Below, piece after piece: positions 9,107 to 19,578 of a stretch of DNA of 49,677 nucleotides. Position 1 is the stretch's first letter. Each line of letters starts with the position of its first letter. This DNA is from Promethearchaeota archaeon. GTDB taxonomy: Archaea > Asgardarchaeota > Lokiarchaeia > Sigyniarchaeales > SOKP01. The position numbers and the translations under genes are program-made. The notes beneath the pieces were generated by a model. It was not told where the DNA came from and made no database searches. It saw only the letters and a list, made by a program, of their open reading frames with translations. Where the stretch lies: assembly GCA_048939015.1 (NCBI GenBank), contig JBHLPW010000042.1:1-49677 (forward strand), in the 5' to 3' direction.

Positions 9107-10842
9107 TATGATTCCTCCTTCTTATTAATTCCACCATTAGGAGCTATTTCTTGTTGAATTTCTTCTGCAAGTTGGCCAGTTGAGGTATTAAATTCATTCT
9201 TTACTTTTGCTGTCAACTTTTTGGCAATTTGCTTTTCAATAAGAGGTCTATGGAGTGTGTTCATGGTGCAAAAAGAACATTCTTTTACACTACCGTCAGG
9301 CATTGCAATACCAAAGTGGACAATACATCTTTTCGTCCTTTCAATATCCATATTATATGCATCTTGAAAATGCATGCTAGAGAGTAAAAGTGCACCATAG
9401 CTAAAGGAACTCACGCTCTCCCAATCCCCTCTCATTAAAAGTCTTGAAAACATCTCCATAAGCTTTCCTGGCTTTTTCATATATTGTAATACCCCTAAAA
9501 GGAACCTAGCACGTAGCTGAGTCTTATCTAAAAAATTTAAGCCTTTATCGAGTGTTGCACCAAAATCTCCTAATAAATCCTCAAACAATCTAAGTTGTTT
9601 TTTTTCTTTATGTTTAATTTTTGCCCAAAAACGATTAGCAAAATCAATAACTTTAAGAGGATCGAAATATTCCATTATCGGCATCATTTCACCGGAATCA
9701 GGATCTACGACCATATAACTGGCAAAACCACAATCTGGATGACAAGTAAATTCTATAGGCTCAACATCCGCTAAGTAAGCAATAACTCTACCAAATTCCA
9801 CTATGGTTGAAAGTGGATACCATGAATTTTCCATACCGATCTTTCCAGCAGTTTGTTCCTCTACAATTTTTAGAACATCTGCATTAGTAATTCTTAAATC
9901 TTGTCTTTCCTCAAATGCTATTCGTCCACATAGCGAAACAGGTTGAAATGTTATTCCTCGTACTACATCCACATTATCAATTGCATATTGAATAATATTA
10001 CCAACTTCAATATCAGTAACTCCCTTCGCAATCGTTGCAACTAAAACGATTGAATCAAGACCTGCTTTTCGACAATTATCAACAACTCTTTGTTTATATG
10101 CCATAAGGTTCTTGATTCCACGAGTTTTTTCATAAGTAATATCGTTAATTCCATCGAATTGGAAATATAATGTATCTAAACCTGCTTCTTTTACTTTTTT
10201 AGTCCATTCAAGACCTCCGTTTTTCTTTTGGAACCCATAGCCGTTTGTTGCAACAATTACTTCTTTAAATCCATTATCTTTTGCCATTTTACAAATTTCA
10301 GGAAAATCTTTTCTAACTGTTGGCTCTCCTCCAGTAAACATTATAGCAATCGCAGGAATAGGCTTACTTCTGAAATGTTTCATAATTCTATCAATTTCTT
10401 CCAATGAGGGTTCGACCAAATAGCCAGATTTTTGTACATTTGCATAACAGAAATTACAATTAAAATTACAGCGGTTTGTAAGATCAATTAATGCTAATGA
10501 GCAAGTTGATAAGTGTTCTGGACATAAACCACAGTTATAAGGGCACCCTCTTGGGTCTTCCGTTGCACAATCTGGAGGATTTGCTTCTCCATTTTTTTCA
10601 AATTGCCATATAACTTTTCCATCCTTGTCTTTTATAGCCCAATGAGTCCATTTATAATATTTAGCACTACTACTAATTTTATCCTTGAATTGTCCATGTT
10701 CTTCACAAGATTTTCTCATCCATATTTCATCATTTTCTTCATAAACTTCAGCAGCAATTGGTTCTAAACATTCTGGGCAAATACTCCTAGTTTTTCTATA
10801 ATAAGGTTCATTTAAATATTCATCATCGTCTAAATGATACAT
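9106..10842 (-). CDS. tes: Tetraether lipid synthase (Tes/GDGT-MAS, MJ0619-like radical SAM enzyme)
   Basis: N-terminal CPEC..CEEHG, CPYNCGLCPEH, radical SAM CNFNCNFC, TGGEPT, TCHPDCG, MHFQDAYNMDIERTKRCIVH and SFCTMN. Confidence 0.88.
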   Translation of the reverse strand: MYHLDDDEYLNEPYYRKTRSICPECLEPIAAEVYEENDEIWMRKSCEEHGQFKDKISSSAKYYKWTHWAIKDKDGKVIWQFEKNGEANPPDCATEDPRGCPYNCGLCPEHLSTCSLALIDLTNRCNFNCNFCYANVQKSGYLVEPSLEEIDRIMKHFRSKPIPAIAIMFTGGEPTVRKDFPEICKMAKDNGFKEVIVATNGYGFQKKNGGLEWTKKVKEAGLDTLYFQFDGINDITYEKTRGIKNLMAYKQRVVDNCRKAGLDSIVLVATIAKGVTDIEVGNIIQYAIDNVDVVRGITFQPVSLCGRIAFEERQDLRITNADVLKIVEEQTAGKIGMENSWYPLSTIVEFGRVIAYLADVEPIEFTCHPDCGFASYMVVDPDSGEMMPIMEYFDPLKVIDFANRFWAKIKHKEKKQLRLFEDLLGDFGATLDKGLNFLDKTQLRARFLLGVLQYMKKPGKLMEMFSRLLMRGDWESVSSFSYGALLLSSMHFQDAYNMDIERTKRCIVHFGIAMPDGSVKECSFCTMNTLHRPLIEKQIAKKLTAKVKNEFNTSTGQLAEEIQQEIAPNGGINKKEES

Positions 10843-11084
10843 TTTTGGTGTACTCCAAATTTTAATGTTTTATTAAAATAAGTATTTATACAAAGATCAA
10901 TTTGAAGGTTTTTAAACATTTTTCTACTTTTCCTACTTTTGATAATATTATTTGTAAATAAACTTATAAACTAATTACTCTTAACTTCTACTATCATTCT
11001 GTGGAGAGTGTAAGTTTTTTTAAATTAAATTTGCAGGTGAAATAATTCAGATCAATTAGAAATTAATTAGTCTTTTTCTGAAAA

Positions 11085-12341
11085 TTATTGAATTTCTGGA
11101 AATAATAAAATGAACTTACTTCCCTGGGTATAATCACCAATAACTTTATCTTCTACCCAAATTTGACCCTTGAACTTTTCCATAATTTGTTTTACTAAGG
11201 ATAATCCTAATCCTCCAATATATTTGGTTGAATTTGGCGTTCTAACAAAAATTAATTCCTTCATTTCATTGATTATCCCAATACCATTATCCATAAATTC
11301 ACATTTAAAATAATTAATTTGATGCACTTTTTCTTTTGAGATGTTAATAGAAATGTCTATAATTGGGTTATTATTATGTCTTATGGCATTAATTAGAAGA
11401 TTTTCAAAAACATTATTTAATAATTCGTTGGCTAAAACAATCATTTTATCAAAACTATGATTTATTCGAATATTTAAATTTCTACTTCTATAGGATTTTC
11501 TTATAACTTTTATTGTATTATTTAATACTGCTAATCCATCAATATTTTTTAGAATAATTACTTCTTCTTCTAATTCAGATAGTTTTTTTATATTTGAGAC
11601 TAAAAATGCTCCTCTTGTAACCTCTTCATCTAATATCTTTAATACTTCTTTGTATTTTTCCTCTTTCTTAGGGTAATTTATATATTGAGAAAGGAGTTGA
11701 GATGAACTAAGTATATTTTGAAGAATATTATTAATATCATGCGAAAAAATATCTTTATAAAAATTAGAGCGATTATAAGCTTCTTCTGAATGTGAAAGAG
11801 ATTGCTGTAAATGTTTTGCGTAGAACCACATGATTAACCCTACAATTAAAAATGTTCCAATTGCTAAGATATTCGGTGTGGAATTACTAATGAAGCATAG
11901 AATTAAGCTAATAAAACTAATAAATAATGCAATAAGAAAACTCGAGAGTGGTTTTAATAAAATTCCCGCTAAAAAAATTGGGAGATAGAAATATATTGTA
12001 CTTCTTCCTTCTACTAATTCCTTTGGACTATCGGCAAGAATTATAAGAACAATAAATAAAATAAGAAAAATTTGATTTGCTAACAAACTAGCGATATAAT
12101 TATTTATAATGAAAAGAACAACAAGAATAAAAAGAAATATTGGTGTAATTGTAAATATAGACAACGTTCCTTTTTGTTCACCAATATCTACACCAATTAA
12201 TAGAAGAATGAAGATTCCAATCATAACCATTATATCTACAATTGCTAATCCGAATAAAATAAAGTTTAGAATTTTTTTTTTTCTTACTTCTTCTGGATCA
12301 CTAGGTGTAATTTTAAATATGGTAATAATTGATTGCTTCAT
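11085..12341 (-). CDS. Membrane sensor histidine kinase
   Basis: About 5-6 TM helices; H-box FSHDINN, N-box NLLINAIRH, G1 DNGIGI, G2 GLGLSLVK. Confidence 0.9.
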   Translation of the reverse strand: MKQSIITIFKITPSDPEEVRKKKILNFILFGLAIVDIMVMIGIFILLLIGVDIGEQKGTLSIFTITPIFLFILVVLFIINNYIASLLANQIFLILFIVLIILADSPKELVEGRSTIYFYLPIFLAGILLKPLSSFLIALFISFISLILCFISNSTPNILAIGTFLIVGLIMWFYAKHLQQSLSHSEEAYNRSNFYKDIFSHDINNILQNILSSSQLLSQYINYPKKEEKYKEVLKILDEEVTRGAFLVSNIKKLSELEEEVIILKNIDGLAVLNNTIKVIRKSYRSRNLNIRINHSFDKMIVLANELLNNVFENLLINAIRHNNNPIIDISINISKEKVHQINYFKCEFMDNGIGIINEMKELIFVRTPNSTKYIGGLGLSLVKQIMEKFKGQIWVEDKVIGDYTQGSKFILLFPEIQ

Positions 12342-12457
12342 GTATTAAGCTCCCAACTAAAATAATAATCAAATAAAATAGTAATAGATTTGATATTTAA
12401 TTGTTTTTAAACCAAATAAATAAGGTTTAAAATTTAGAAAATAAAGTAAATACATAA

Positions 12458-13867
12458 TTGATGATGAAAATTGATGATGAAAAAGACATGTTCGAAATAA
12501 ACTCCGGTTTTATTGATGATTTTAACATGATATTAGCAACAGATTTCTATCAATTAACTATGGGAGCAGCATATTACCAATATAATCATGAGAATGAAGT
12601 TAGTGAAGAGGATGATATCGCTACTTTTGAAATGTTTATTAGAAAATTTCCGAGAAATCGTAATTATTTAATATTTGCTGGGTTAGAACAGGCAATATAT
12701 TATTTATTGAATGCTAAATTTACAGAGGCTACAATCAATTTTTTACGAAAGAAACCAGTATTCAAGAATATTGATCCAAGTTTTTTTGAGGATTACTTAC
12801 CTAACTTTAAATTCAAAATAAATCTGTGGGCTATGAGGGAAGGAAATTTCTTCTTTCCAAACGAACCAATATTAAGGATACAAGGTCCAATTTTCCATGC
12901 TCAAATCGCAGAAACTTATCTGCTAAACGTAATTAATTTTCAAACTTTAATCGCTTCTAAGGCATCTAGAATTAAGAACATTGCTTCGGATAAAATTCTT
13001 CTTGAATTTGGGACAAGAAGATCACATAGTCCACTTGCAGGGATATACGCAGCAAGAGCAAGTTATATAGCGGGATTCAACGGGACTAGTAATGTGGTAG
13101 CGGATTTCAATTTAGGTATTAGCTCTACTGGTACTATGGCTCATAGTTTTGTCCAGAAATTCGAAAATGAGTTAGATAGTTTTAAATCATACTATAAAAT
13201 TTATGATGAAAACTCAATCCTCTTAATTGATACCTACGATACAGAAAAAGGAGCTGAAATTTCTAGTGAATTTGGGAATAAAATAAGAGGAGTTAGGATA
13301 GATTCTGGTGATCTTATCGAACATGCCAAAAAGGTTCGTAAAATTTTAGATGATAAAGGGTGTGAAAAGGTAATAATTGTAGCAAGTTCGGATTTAAATG
13401 AGTTTAAAATAAAGAAGATTATTGATGAGAATGCTCCAATTGATGCGTTTGGTGTTGGAACAGAACTAGCAACTTCAAGAGATGATCCAACAATCTCGGG
13501 AGTATATAAATTAATTGAATATAATAAAATACCGAAGATAAAAATCAGTGAAGAAAAAATAACATATCCAGGAATAAAACAAGTTTACAGAATTTTCGAT
13601 AACAACGGTATTTTTAAAGAAGATATTCTTTCACTTGAAGATGAACCGCCTCCTTCCAATTCTGAGCCTTTATTAATCCCATTCATGAAATATGGTAAAC
13701 TAATTATAGATTTACCAAAAATAGATAATATACGAAATTATTATTTGACTAATATAAAGAAATTGCCTACTGACTATAAAAAACTAGAAGTACAAGAAAA
13801 GTTTGCATTAAAAATATCAAAGAAATTACAAAAACTTACAGATTCATTAAAATATAAATTTACTTAA
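12458..13867 (+). CDS. pncB: Nicotinate phosphoribosyltransferase
   Basis: Motifs TDFYQLTM, EFGTRR, GTSNV, GTMAHS, LIDTYD, RIDSGD and FGVGT. Confidence 0.93.
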   Translation: MMMKIDDEKDMFEINSGFIDDFNMILATDFYQLTMGAAYYQYNHENEVSEEDDIATFEMFIRKFPRNRNYLIFAGLEQAIYYLLNAKFTEATINFLRKKPVFKNIDPSFFEDYLPNFKFKINLWAMREGNFFFPNEPILRIQGPIFHAQIAETYLLNVINFQTLIASKASRIKNIASDKILLEFGTRRSHSPLAGIYAARASYIAGFNGTSNVVADFNLGISSTGTMAHSFVQKFENELDSFKSYYKIYDENSILLIDTYDTEKGAEISSEFGNKIRGVRIDSGDLIEHAKKVRKILDDKGCEKVIIVASSDLNEFKIKKIIDENAPIDAFGVGTELATSRDDPTISGVYKLIEYNKIPKIKISEEKITYPGIKQVYRIFDNNGIFKEDILSLEDEPPPSNSEPLLIPFMKYGKLIIDLPKIDNIRNYYLTNIKKLPTDYKKLEVQEKFALKISKKLQKLTDSLKYKFT

Positions 13868-14733
13868 TTTTTAAAATCAACATTGGTTAATTGAACACTA
13901 ACATACCACAATTGTTTAGCAGTATCTTTATCATATGAAATTTTCACAGATTCTGCTTCTTTTTTCCTTTTGAAGTATTTCCCACTTATACCATCAATCT
14001 CAGGAGAGGAAGCAAGGTATATAGATGTTTTTGCACCCTTTTTTGGAGTCAACATAAATAGACCAACTATATGATAAAAATATTTTACAAATGGTCGAAA
14101 ATTGCGTATCATTTTTGTTTTTACATATCCAGGGTGAAGACAATTTACTGAAACTCCAGTTCCTTTAATTTTTCTTGCAAATTCATATGTAAAGAGTACC
14201 ACTGCTAACTTTGACTGTGCATATGCTTTTAATTGGCGATAATGATTATCTCCATTTAAATGATCGAAATCAAAAGATTTTGCTTGAACACTTGATGCTA
14301 CATTAATGATGCGAGATGGCGCGCTATTCTGTAAAGTATCGAATAGTAAATTACATAGCATAAAATGAGTTAAGTAATTTACAGCAAATGTTGTCTCTAT
14401 ATCATCCTCTGTTAAAGTATGCTTGTGTAAATTCACTCCAGCATTATTTATTAAAACATGTAATTTGTTATATTTATTTTTAAATTCAGCTACGAGGTGG
14501 CGAATTTCTTTCTGCGAAGATAAATCCGCAATTATATAATCTATTGACTCATTTCCTGATTTTTCCTTTATTTCTTCTATTGCATTTTCTGCGCGAGTCT
14601 GATCTCGACATACTAATACTAATGATGCCCCTCTTTTTGCTAATCCAATAGCAGTTGCTTTACCAATACCAGAATTAGCTCCTGTAATCATACAAATTTT
14701 ACCATTAAGCAGCTTAGATTTATTATTCAACAT
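13864..14733 (-). CDS. Short-chain dehydrogenase/reductase (retinol dehydrogenase-like)
   Basis: Motifs TGANSGIG, NNAG, YAQSK and HPGYVKT. Confidence 0.92.
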   Translation of the reverse strand: MLNNKSKLLNGKICMITGANSGIGKATAIGLAKRGASLVLVCRDQTRAENAIEEIKEKSGNESIDYIIADLSSQKEIRHLVAEFKNKYNKLHVLINNAGVNLHKHTLTEDDIETTFAVNYLTHFMLCNLLFDTLQNSAPSRIINVASSVQAKSFDFDHLNGDNHYRQLKAYAQSKLAVVLFTYEFARKIKGTGVSVNCLHPGYVKTKMIRNFRPFVKYFYHIVGLFMLTPKKGAKTSIYLASSPEIDGISGKYFKRKKEAESVKISYDKDTAKQLWYVSVQLTNVDFKN

Positions 14734-14898
14734 TGTAACAATGACCGATATCCCGTAGGTTACTCAATTTCCTACTCATCAAGTAGTGAGTAAATAGGAA
14801 AATAATGTAATATTAATAAAGACACGTTCTGATTCTAAATATATCAGATTAGAATATATATCTCAAAGTTTTTTTACATCTAACAAAAAGAAGTATCC

Positions 14899-15513
14899 TT
14901 AATTTGTCATTGTTCCACGTACAAGAACATCTGTTAAATTTCTAATAAGTTCTTCCTCTTCAAGTTTAAAATCACTCCGAATCCACCAAATAAAGACTCC
15001 AAGTACTGTGGATGTCCAAACTCTAGCAGTTACCTCAGAATTTTGGACACGCGCTCCATATTCTATTAATTTTGTGATGATCTTTTCAACCTCATGAGTA
15101 AAATTATCGAGAATCTCATTTCTTTTAGTACGGTATTTTTGATCCATCCCTCCCATTTGCTCAAAGAAAATAATGAAAGTCTCCTTTTTTTCTCTAAACA
15201 TCTTTGCATATCCCCGAAAAAGATTTCTAACCGCAGAGATTGGTGGAATTCTATTTTCTTTGAAATAAACAAATAATTCTCTAAATTTGCTTATCATGAG
15301 TTCAGCCAATCCACTAATTAACACTTCAATTACTTCCTCTTTTGAATTAAAGTAGTTATAAAAGTTTCCAACACTCGTATTAGCCTTTCTTGTGATATCT
15401 TTTATACGAGTATTATTAAATCCTTTTTCTTCAAAAACAGAGAGAGCTGACATTATAAATAGGTTTTTTTTTTCCCTTTTTATAATCTCAGACTTTTTTT
15501 CTCGTAAAGACAC
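14899..15513 (-). CDS. TetR/AcrR family transcriptional regulator
   Basis: HTH segment ALSVFEEKGFNNTRIKDITRKANTSVGNFYNYFNSKE; GTG start. Confidence 0.92.
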   Translation of the reverse strand: MSLREKKSEIIKREKKNLFIMSALSVFEEKGFNNTRIKDITRKANTSVGNFYNYFNSKEEVIEVLISGLAELMISKFRELFVYFKENRIPPISAVRNLFRGYAKMFREKKETFIIFFEQMGGMDQKYRTKRNEILDNFTHEVEKIITKLIEYGARVQNSEVTARVWTSTVLGVFIWWIRSDFKLEEEELIRNLTDVLVRGTMTN

Positions 15514-15802
15514 TTATAATCAACTCATAACACAATGAATGATATATAAAATATCAAAATTCATTAAAAATATTATTACATGTTAAGAAATCAAGTTAAA
15601 ATTTATTACTTTTTAATTTTCAAATTCCAATAGATCGATTGTGTTTTAAGGGATTCTAGAATCTCATTATGGAAGTTCAAAAATCTTAATATGAAAACAA
15701 TGGTAAGAGTGAAAAATGGGAAAATAATGGAAATCTTTAAAAAAGCGCTTTTTTATGGCAAAATCTTATTTTTCGTTGAATTATAAATATAATAAAAAAA
15801 TA

Positions 15803-15826
15803 AATGAACGTTCATTCAGTGAATGA
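15803..15826. promoter_or_regulatory. Candidate operator made of overlapping palindromes in the divergent intergenic region
   Basis: AATGAACGTTCATT (15803-15816, perfect palindrome) overlaps TCATTCA-G-TGAATGA (15812-15826). Confidence 0.5.
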
Positions 15827-15977
15827 GGATTCGGTAAAACTCAAGAAGTTTTACCCCTTGCAAGTGTAGGAAAAAGTTTATATATTTGACTAACTTCTTT
15901 ATTAAAAAATAAAAAAAGTACTTATTTAATTAAAAAAACATTTGAATAAAAAATTATTTTTCGAGGTGAAAAATTAG

Positions 15978-16190
15978 TTGAGTATTATAAACCCGGATTT
16001 TCTACTAAAATTTGGCGAGATAAAATTCGCAGAAGAAAATAGTTTGCCTATAAACGATTTTGAACTTGCACTAAAGCGTTACTTTTCAATTCGGGAAAAG
16101 AAGATGCCACATGGAAGATACAAATTCGGTGAAATCGATAATTCTTTGGTAAAAGATTTTACTCGTTCTTTTATGAATTATTTTGAATGA
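15978..16190 (+). CDS. Small hypothetical protein
   Basis: 70-aa ORF with TTG start and GAGGTG 9 nt upstream. Confidence 0.6.
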   Translation: MSIINPDFLLKFGEIKFAEENSLPINDFELALKRYFSIREKKMPHGRYKFGEIDNSLVKDFTRSFMNYFE

Positions 16191-16348
16191 ATTCATAAAC
16201 AAAATTTTTTTAGATTGTTAAAATATATTTCTTGTTTTTATTTGTTTCTAACCATTAATCGCTGTCTTTTGATTTTTATTATCATTAAAATTCCTAAAAT
16301 TTATAATATATTTTTTTTTTTCAAGATTAAAATTGTTGGTGTATAAGT

Positions 16349-17185
16349 CTGGAATTAACAAATGAAATTGAAGAGGTTTTTGTTGAGACAAATAGAATAA
16401 AGCTTCATACTGTTATTATTGGATCGGGAGAACCTTTAATCCTCCTTCATGGATTTCCAGAATTTTGGTATTGTTGGTCAAAGATAATACCTCTACTTAA
16501 AGATGATTTTAAGTTAATTATACCTGATATGAGAGGATATAATCTATCTGATAAACCGAAAGGTGTTGAAAACTATAAGATAGAACTTTTAATAGAAGAT
16601 ATTAAAGGTCTAAGTGAAGAATTAAAATTGGGTGAATTTTATCTTGCTGGGCACGATTGGGGTGGTGTTGTAGCTTGGAAATTTGCTGAAAAATACCCTG
16701 AATTTTTAAAGAAATTAATAATTTTAAACGCTCCTCATCATAAAATTTTCAATGAATCATTAAGGACAGATAAGGAACAACAAAAAGCTAGTTTTTATAT
16801 TTTTGAGTTTTTAAAACCTAATGGTGAGGAGTTTATTATCGAAGATAATTATAAATGGCTTAAAAAAGCAGTTTTTACAAAAAACTTTAGTGCTACTGAT
16901 AAGGAAAAATACATTGAAGCATGGTCTCAACCTGGAGCAATAGTAGGAGGCGTGAACTATTATAGAGCCAATACTAGCTTTAAAGATTGGAATGGAATCA
17001 TAAATGTTCCTACCTTAGTAATTTGGGGAATGCAAGATGTTGCACTGAAGCCTCAACTATTAGAAGGCTTATCCGTTTATGTTAAGGATTTAAGAATAGA
17101 ACGCCATGAAAAATCGTCACATTGGATAACTCATGATGCACCAGAATTTGTATCGTCTAAAATTCGAGAATTCATTCAAAGTTAG
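16349..17185 (+). CDS. Alpha/beta hydrolase (epoxide hydrolase-like); start extended to CTG 16349
   Basis: The frame upstream of ATG 16529 encodes LLHGFPEFWYCW..PDMRGY. Nucleophile GHDWGG and catalytic His SSHW. In-frame TAA at 16328. Confidence 0.88.
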   Translation: MELTNEIEEVFVETNRIKLHTVIIGSGEPLILLHGFPEFWYCWSKIIPLLKDDFKLIIPDMRGYNLSDKPKGVENYKIELLIEDIKGLSEELKLGEFYLAGHDWGGVVAWKFAEKYPEFLKKLIILNAPHHKIFNESLRTDKEQQKASFYIFEFLKPNGEEFIIEDNYKWLKKAVFTKNFSATDKEKYIEAWSQPGAIVGGVNYYRANTSFKDWNGIINVPTLVIWGMQDVALKPQLLEGLSVYVKDLRIERHEKSSHWITHDAPEFVSSKIREFIQS

Positions 17186-17405
17186 GTTCTTTCTAAAATT
17201 TCATTTTTAACCTTATAATTTTTTATTTTATTTTAAAAGTTCTTTAAGTTGGTTAAATATCTGATATTATTAGGTTATACTGAATATTATAGAACAAAAT
17301 AATTAAATTTATAAGGTTCATATATTGGTTATAATATAAGAATTAAAGAAAAAATTTTATTTCGAGCAATAATTTTATCAAATAGATAAAAAAATTTTAC
17401 TGAAA

Positions 17406-17864
17406 ATGGAAGAAGATAATAAAGACTACTCTTGGTCTACCAAACTTGATTGGTTAAACATTTTATCAATGTTGAATCTTGAGAGTATTAGTCAGGTTCC
17501 AGAATATAAAAAAGATAAAGCAATCAAAAAAATTACTAAGTCCTATGGATCAGAAGCTCTAATGGAATTTGAACCTAGTTATTTGGATAAACTAGTTGTA
17601 AATGAATTGCAGGAATTGATGAAGAAAGAATTACTCTTAAATGCGAGAAGACAGGAAAAATTAGAAAAAGACTTGCGTGATAAAGTAATCCCACTAAAAA
17701 GAGGTGGTATTATTAAAATAGATCCTAGAGATCTGAAAGATTTTAAAGGAGATCCACAAGATATGCTAAAATATTTCTACAAAAAATTTCTTGGAGAAGA
17801 CGATGACGACAAAGATGACGAAAAAGATAATTATAAGGAAGATAATACAGGTTATTATATTTAA
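17406..17864 (+). CDS. Hypothetical protein with acidic C-terminus
   Basis: 152-aa ORF with no recognised motif. Confidence 0.7.
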   Translation: MEEDNKDYSWSTKLDWLNILSMLNLESISQVPEYKKDKAIKKITKSYGSEALMEFEPSYLDKLVVNELQELMKKELLLNARRQEKLEKDLRDKVIPLKRGGIIKIDPRDLKDFKGDPQDMLKYFYKKFLGEDDDDKDDEKDNYKEDNTGYYI

Positions 17865-17880
17865 AATTTTGATTTGAACT

Positions 17881-19506
17881 TTATTCCGTTTTATAGATTT
17901 TATTTTTTATAACCTTTAAATTAGTATATTTAATCTTTCGATAAGTTAGAACGATTAATAAATAAACTAAACCTGACCATATTATCCAAGATAATCCCTG
18001 ATTTATATCTATACTTAAAACATAGTTAAGAAAATCTTCCAAAATATAAAATCCGAAATCATTCAAATCACTTGGAAAATCTACAACTTTTGGATGGAAA
18101 CATATCGCTATTACTTCATGCTCATTTTTTTTTAATGTTTCAAAGATATTGTTAATAGTGAGATTTGTTGGGTCATCCAACTTTAATTTTATAAAAGTAT
18201 TTAAATCTTCATTTGAATGAATATCACTTCCACCAATACAAGTAAGATTATTAGCTAAGCAGTAATTCCTTATTTGTATATATTTTCCTCCATAGCTACC
18301 ACCATTAGTAATCTCAAAACCATCAACTCCCCAATCCTTTAATTGATTCAAGCTATATGGAACACCATAACCACCACTTGGATTTGGATCGTAATTGTAA
18401 TGATTAACAGTAATATAACCACCATGCGCTTTTACATAATTTATTGTATCAGAAGCATTCATCGCCAATGGCCCACTTGGGCTGTATGATTCTAGAGGCA
18501 CAATTTCTTCTGCCAATCCAAAATAGTTCATATGGATTTCTCCAGGGTTTTCAGCATTTTGTGTCCATTCTTCTGCTATAAATACTATAAAATTTAAATC
18601 ATGGTCCTCAACATATTTCTGAGCCATAGTCGCTCCTCTTATATTATCATGGTCAGAAAAAGCAGCTCCGGAGATACCTTGTTGCATATACCAGTTGATC
18701 CTCTCTTCAACTGTCAGCCATCCATCACTAAAGGTTGTATGGACATGAAAATCGAATAAGAACTCATCATCTTCGAGTGGCACTGTCGGAATTATTTCAT
18801 GAGGAGGGAATGGTGTTGAGATAAGCACGATATTAACACCTAGTAATATGACACCTATTCCAACATAGAAAATGGTTTCTCGTTTAATTGTTTGCACTTT
18901 TTTTCTTCTTTTTCCTTTATTTTTTTGAAATTTTCTTGACAAGTCAAGTGATAGTTTTGGATGAAATAATTTAAGTACAACAAAACTAATTTTGAAGAAA
19001 ATAAGGATCATGCTTAAATGGACAGCCAGTTGGATTGGAATCATAAAATATCTGCCTACAAAGAAATAACCTTGAATTATATAGCCAATAAGTATATAGA
19101 TAGCAACGATTAAAATAGAGAGACACAATACTTTAAAACAAAAGTATAATATATCAACTATAGGATAAGTTATATAGATATATTTTTTCGAACTGAATCT
19201 GCCTTTTTTCTTTAAAATTAAATAAATCCCTCTTAAAATGGGATAAAAAATCAAAAAAAGGAACATCCATGTAAATTCATACTCTAAAATGTTAGCTATA
19301 GCCATAAAAGGCTCTACAAAATATCTTAAAAGTGGCATTTTGCTTGTGAATTCAGATGTCGCATCTTCTTGACCAAGAGTATCATAAAAGATTACAGTTC
19401 TTTGTCCCGTAATTGATAAAATAATAAGAAAAACAATCCATATTAAAAAAGAAACGGATATTATAGTGAAAAATTTATTTTTTCTTATAAAAGATCGAAT
19501 TTTCAT
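17881..19506 (-). CDS. Membrane-anchored PHP-domain phosphoesterase
   Basis: Motifs DFHVHTTFSDG, FSDHDN, EEWT, HMN, VNH and GGSDIH; several N-terminal TM helices and one C-terminal TM helix. Confidence 0.85.
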   Translation of the reverse strand: MKIRSFIRKNKFFTIISVSFLIWIVFLIILSITGQRTVIFYDTLGQEDATSEFTSKMPLLRYFVEPFMAIANILEYEFTWMFLFLIFYPILRGIYLILKKKGRFSSKKYIYITYPIVDILYFCFKVLCLSILIVAIYILIGYIIQGYFFVGRYFMIPIQLAVHLSMILIFFKISFVVLKLFHPKLSLDLSRKFQKNKGKRRKKVQTIKRETIFYVGIGVILLGVNIVLISTPFPPHEIIPTVPLEDDEFLFDFHVHTTFSDGWLTVEERINWYMQQGISGAAFSDHDNIRGATMAQKYVEDHDLNFIVFIAEEWTQNAENPGEIHMNYFGLAEEIVPLESYSPSGPLAMNASDTINYVKAHGGYITVNHYNYDPNPSGGYGVPYSLNQLKDWGVDGFEITNGGSYGGKYIQIRNYCLANNLTCIGGSDIHSNEDLNTFIKLKLDDPTNLTINNIFETLKKNEHEVIAICFHPKVVDFPSDLNDFGFYILEDFLNYVLSIDINQGLSWIIWSGLVYLLIVLTYRKIKYTNLKVIKNKIYKTE

Positions 19507-19578
19507 AATTATGATCTTCTATAAACTTACTAATAAACATTAAATTAATACGAAAGAAAATAGTATTATTAAAAAATT

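Noticed and set aside
16188-16346. UGA read-through (selenocysteine) after the 70-aa ORF
   Set aside because: The downstream frame is low-complexity AT-rich, with no redox motif and no recognisable SECIS.
17798-17830. GAC/GAT repeats encoding DDDDKDDEKD
   Set aside because: Simple acidic low-complexity tract.
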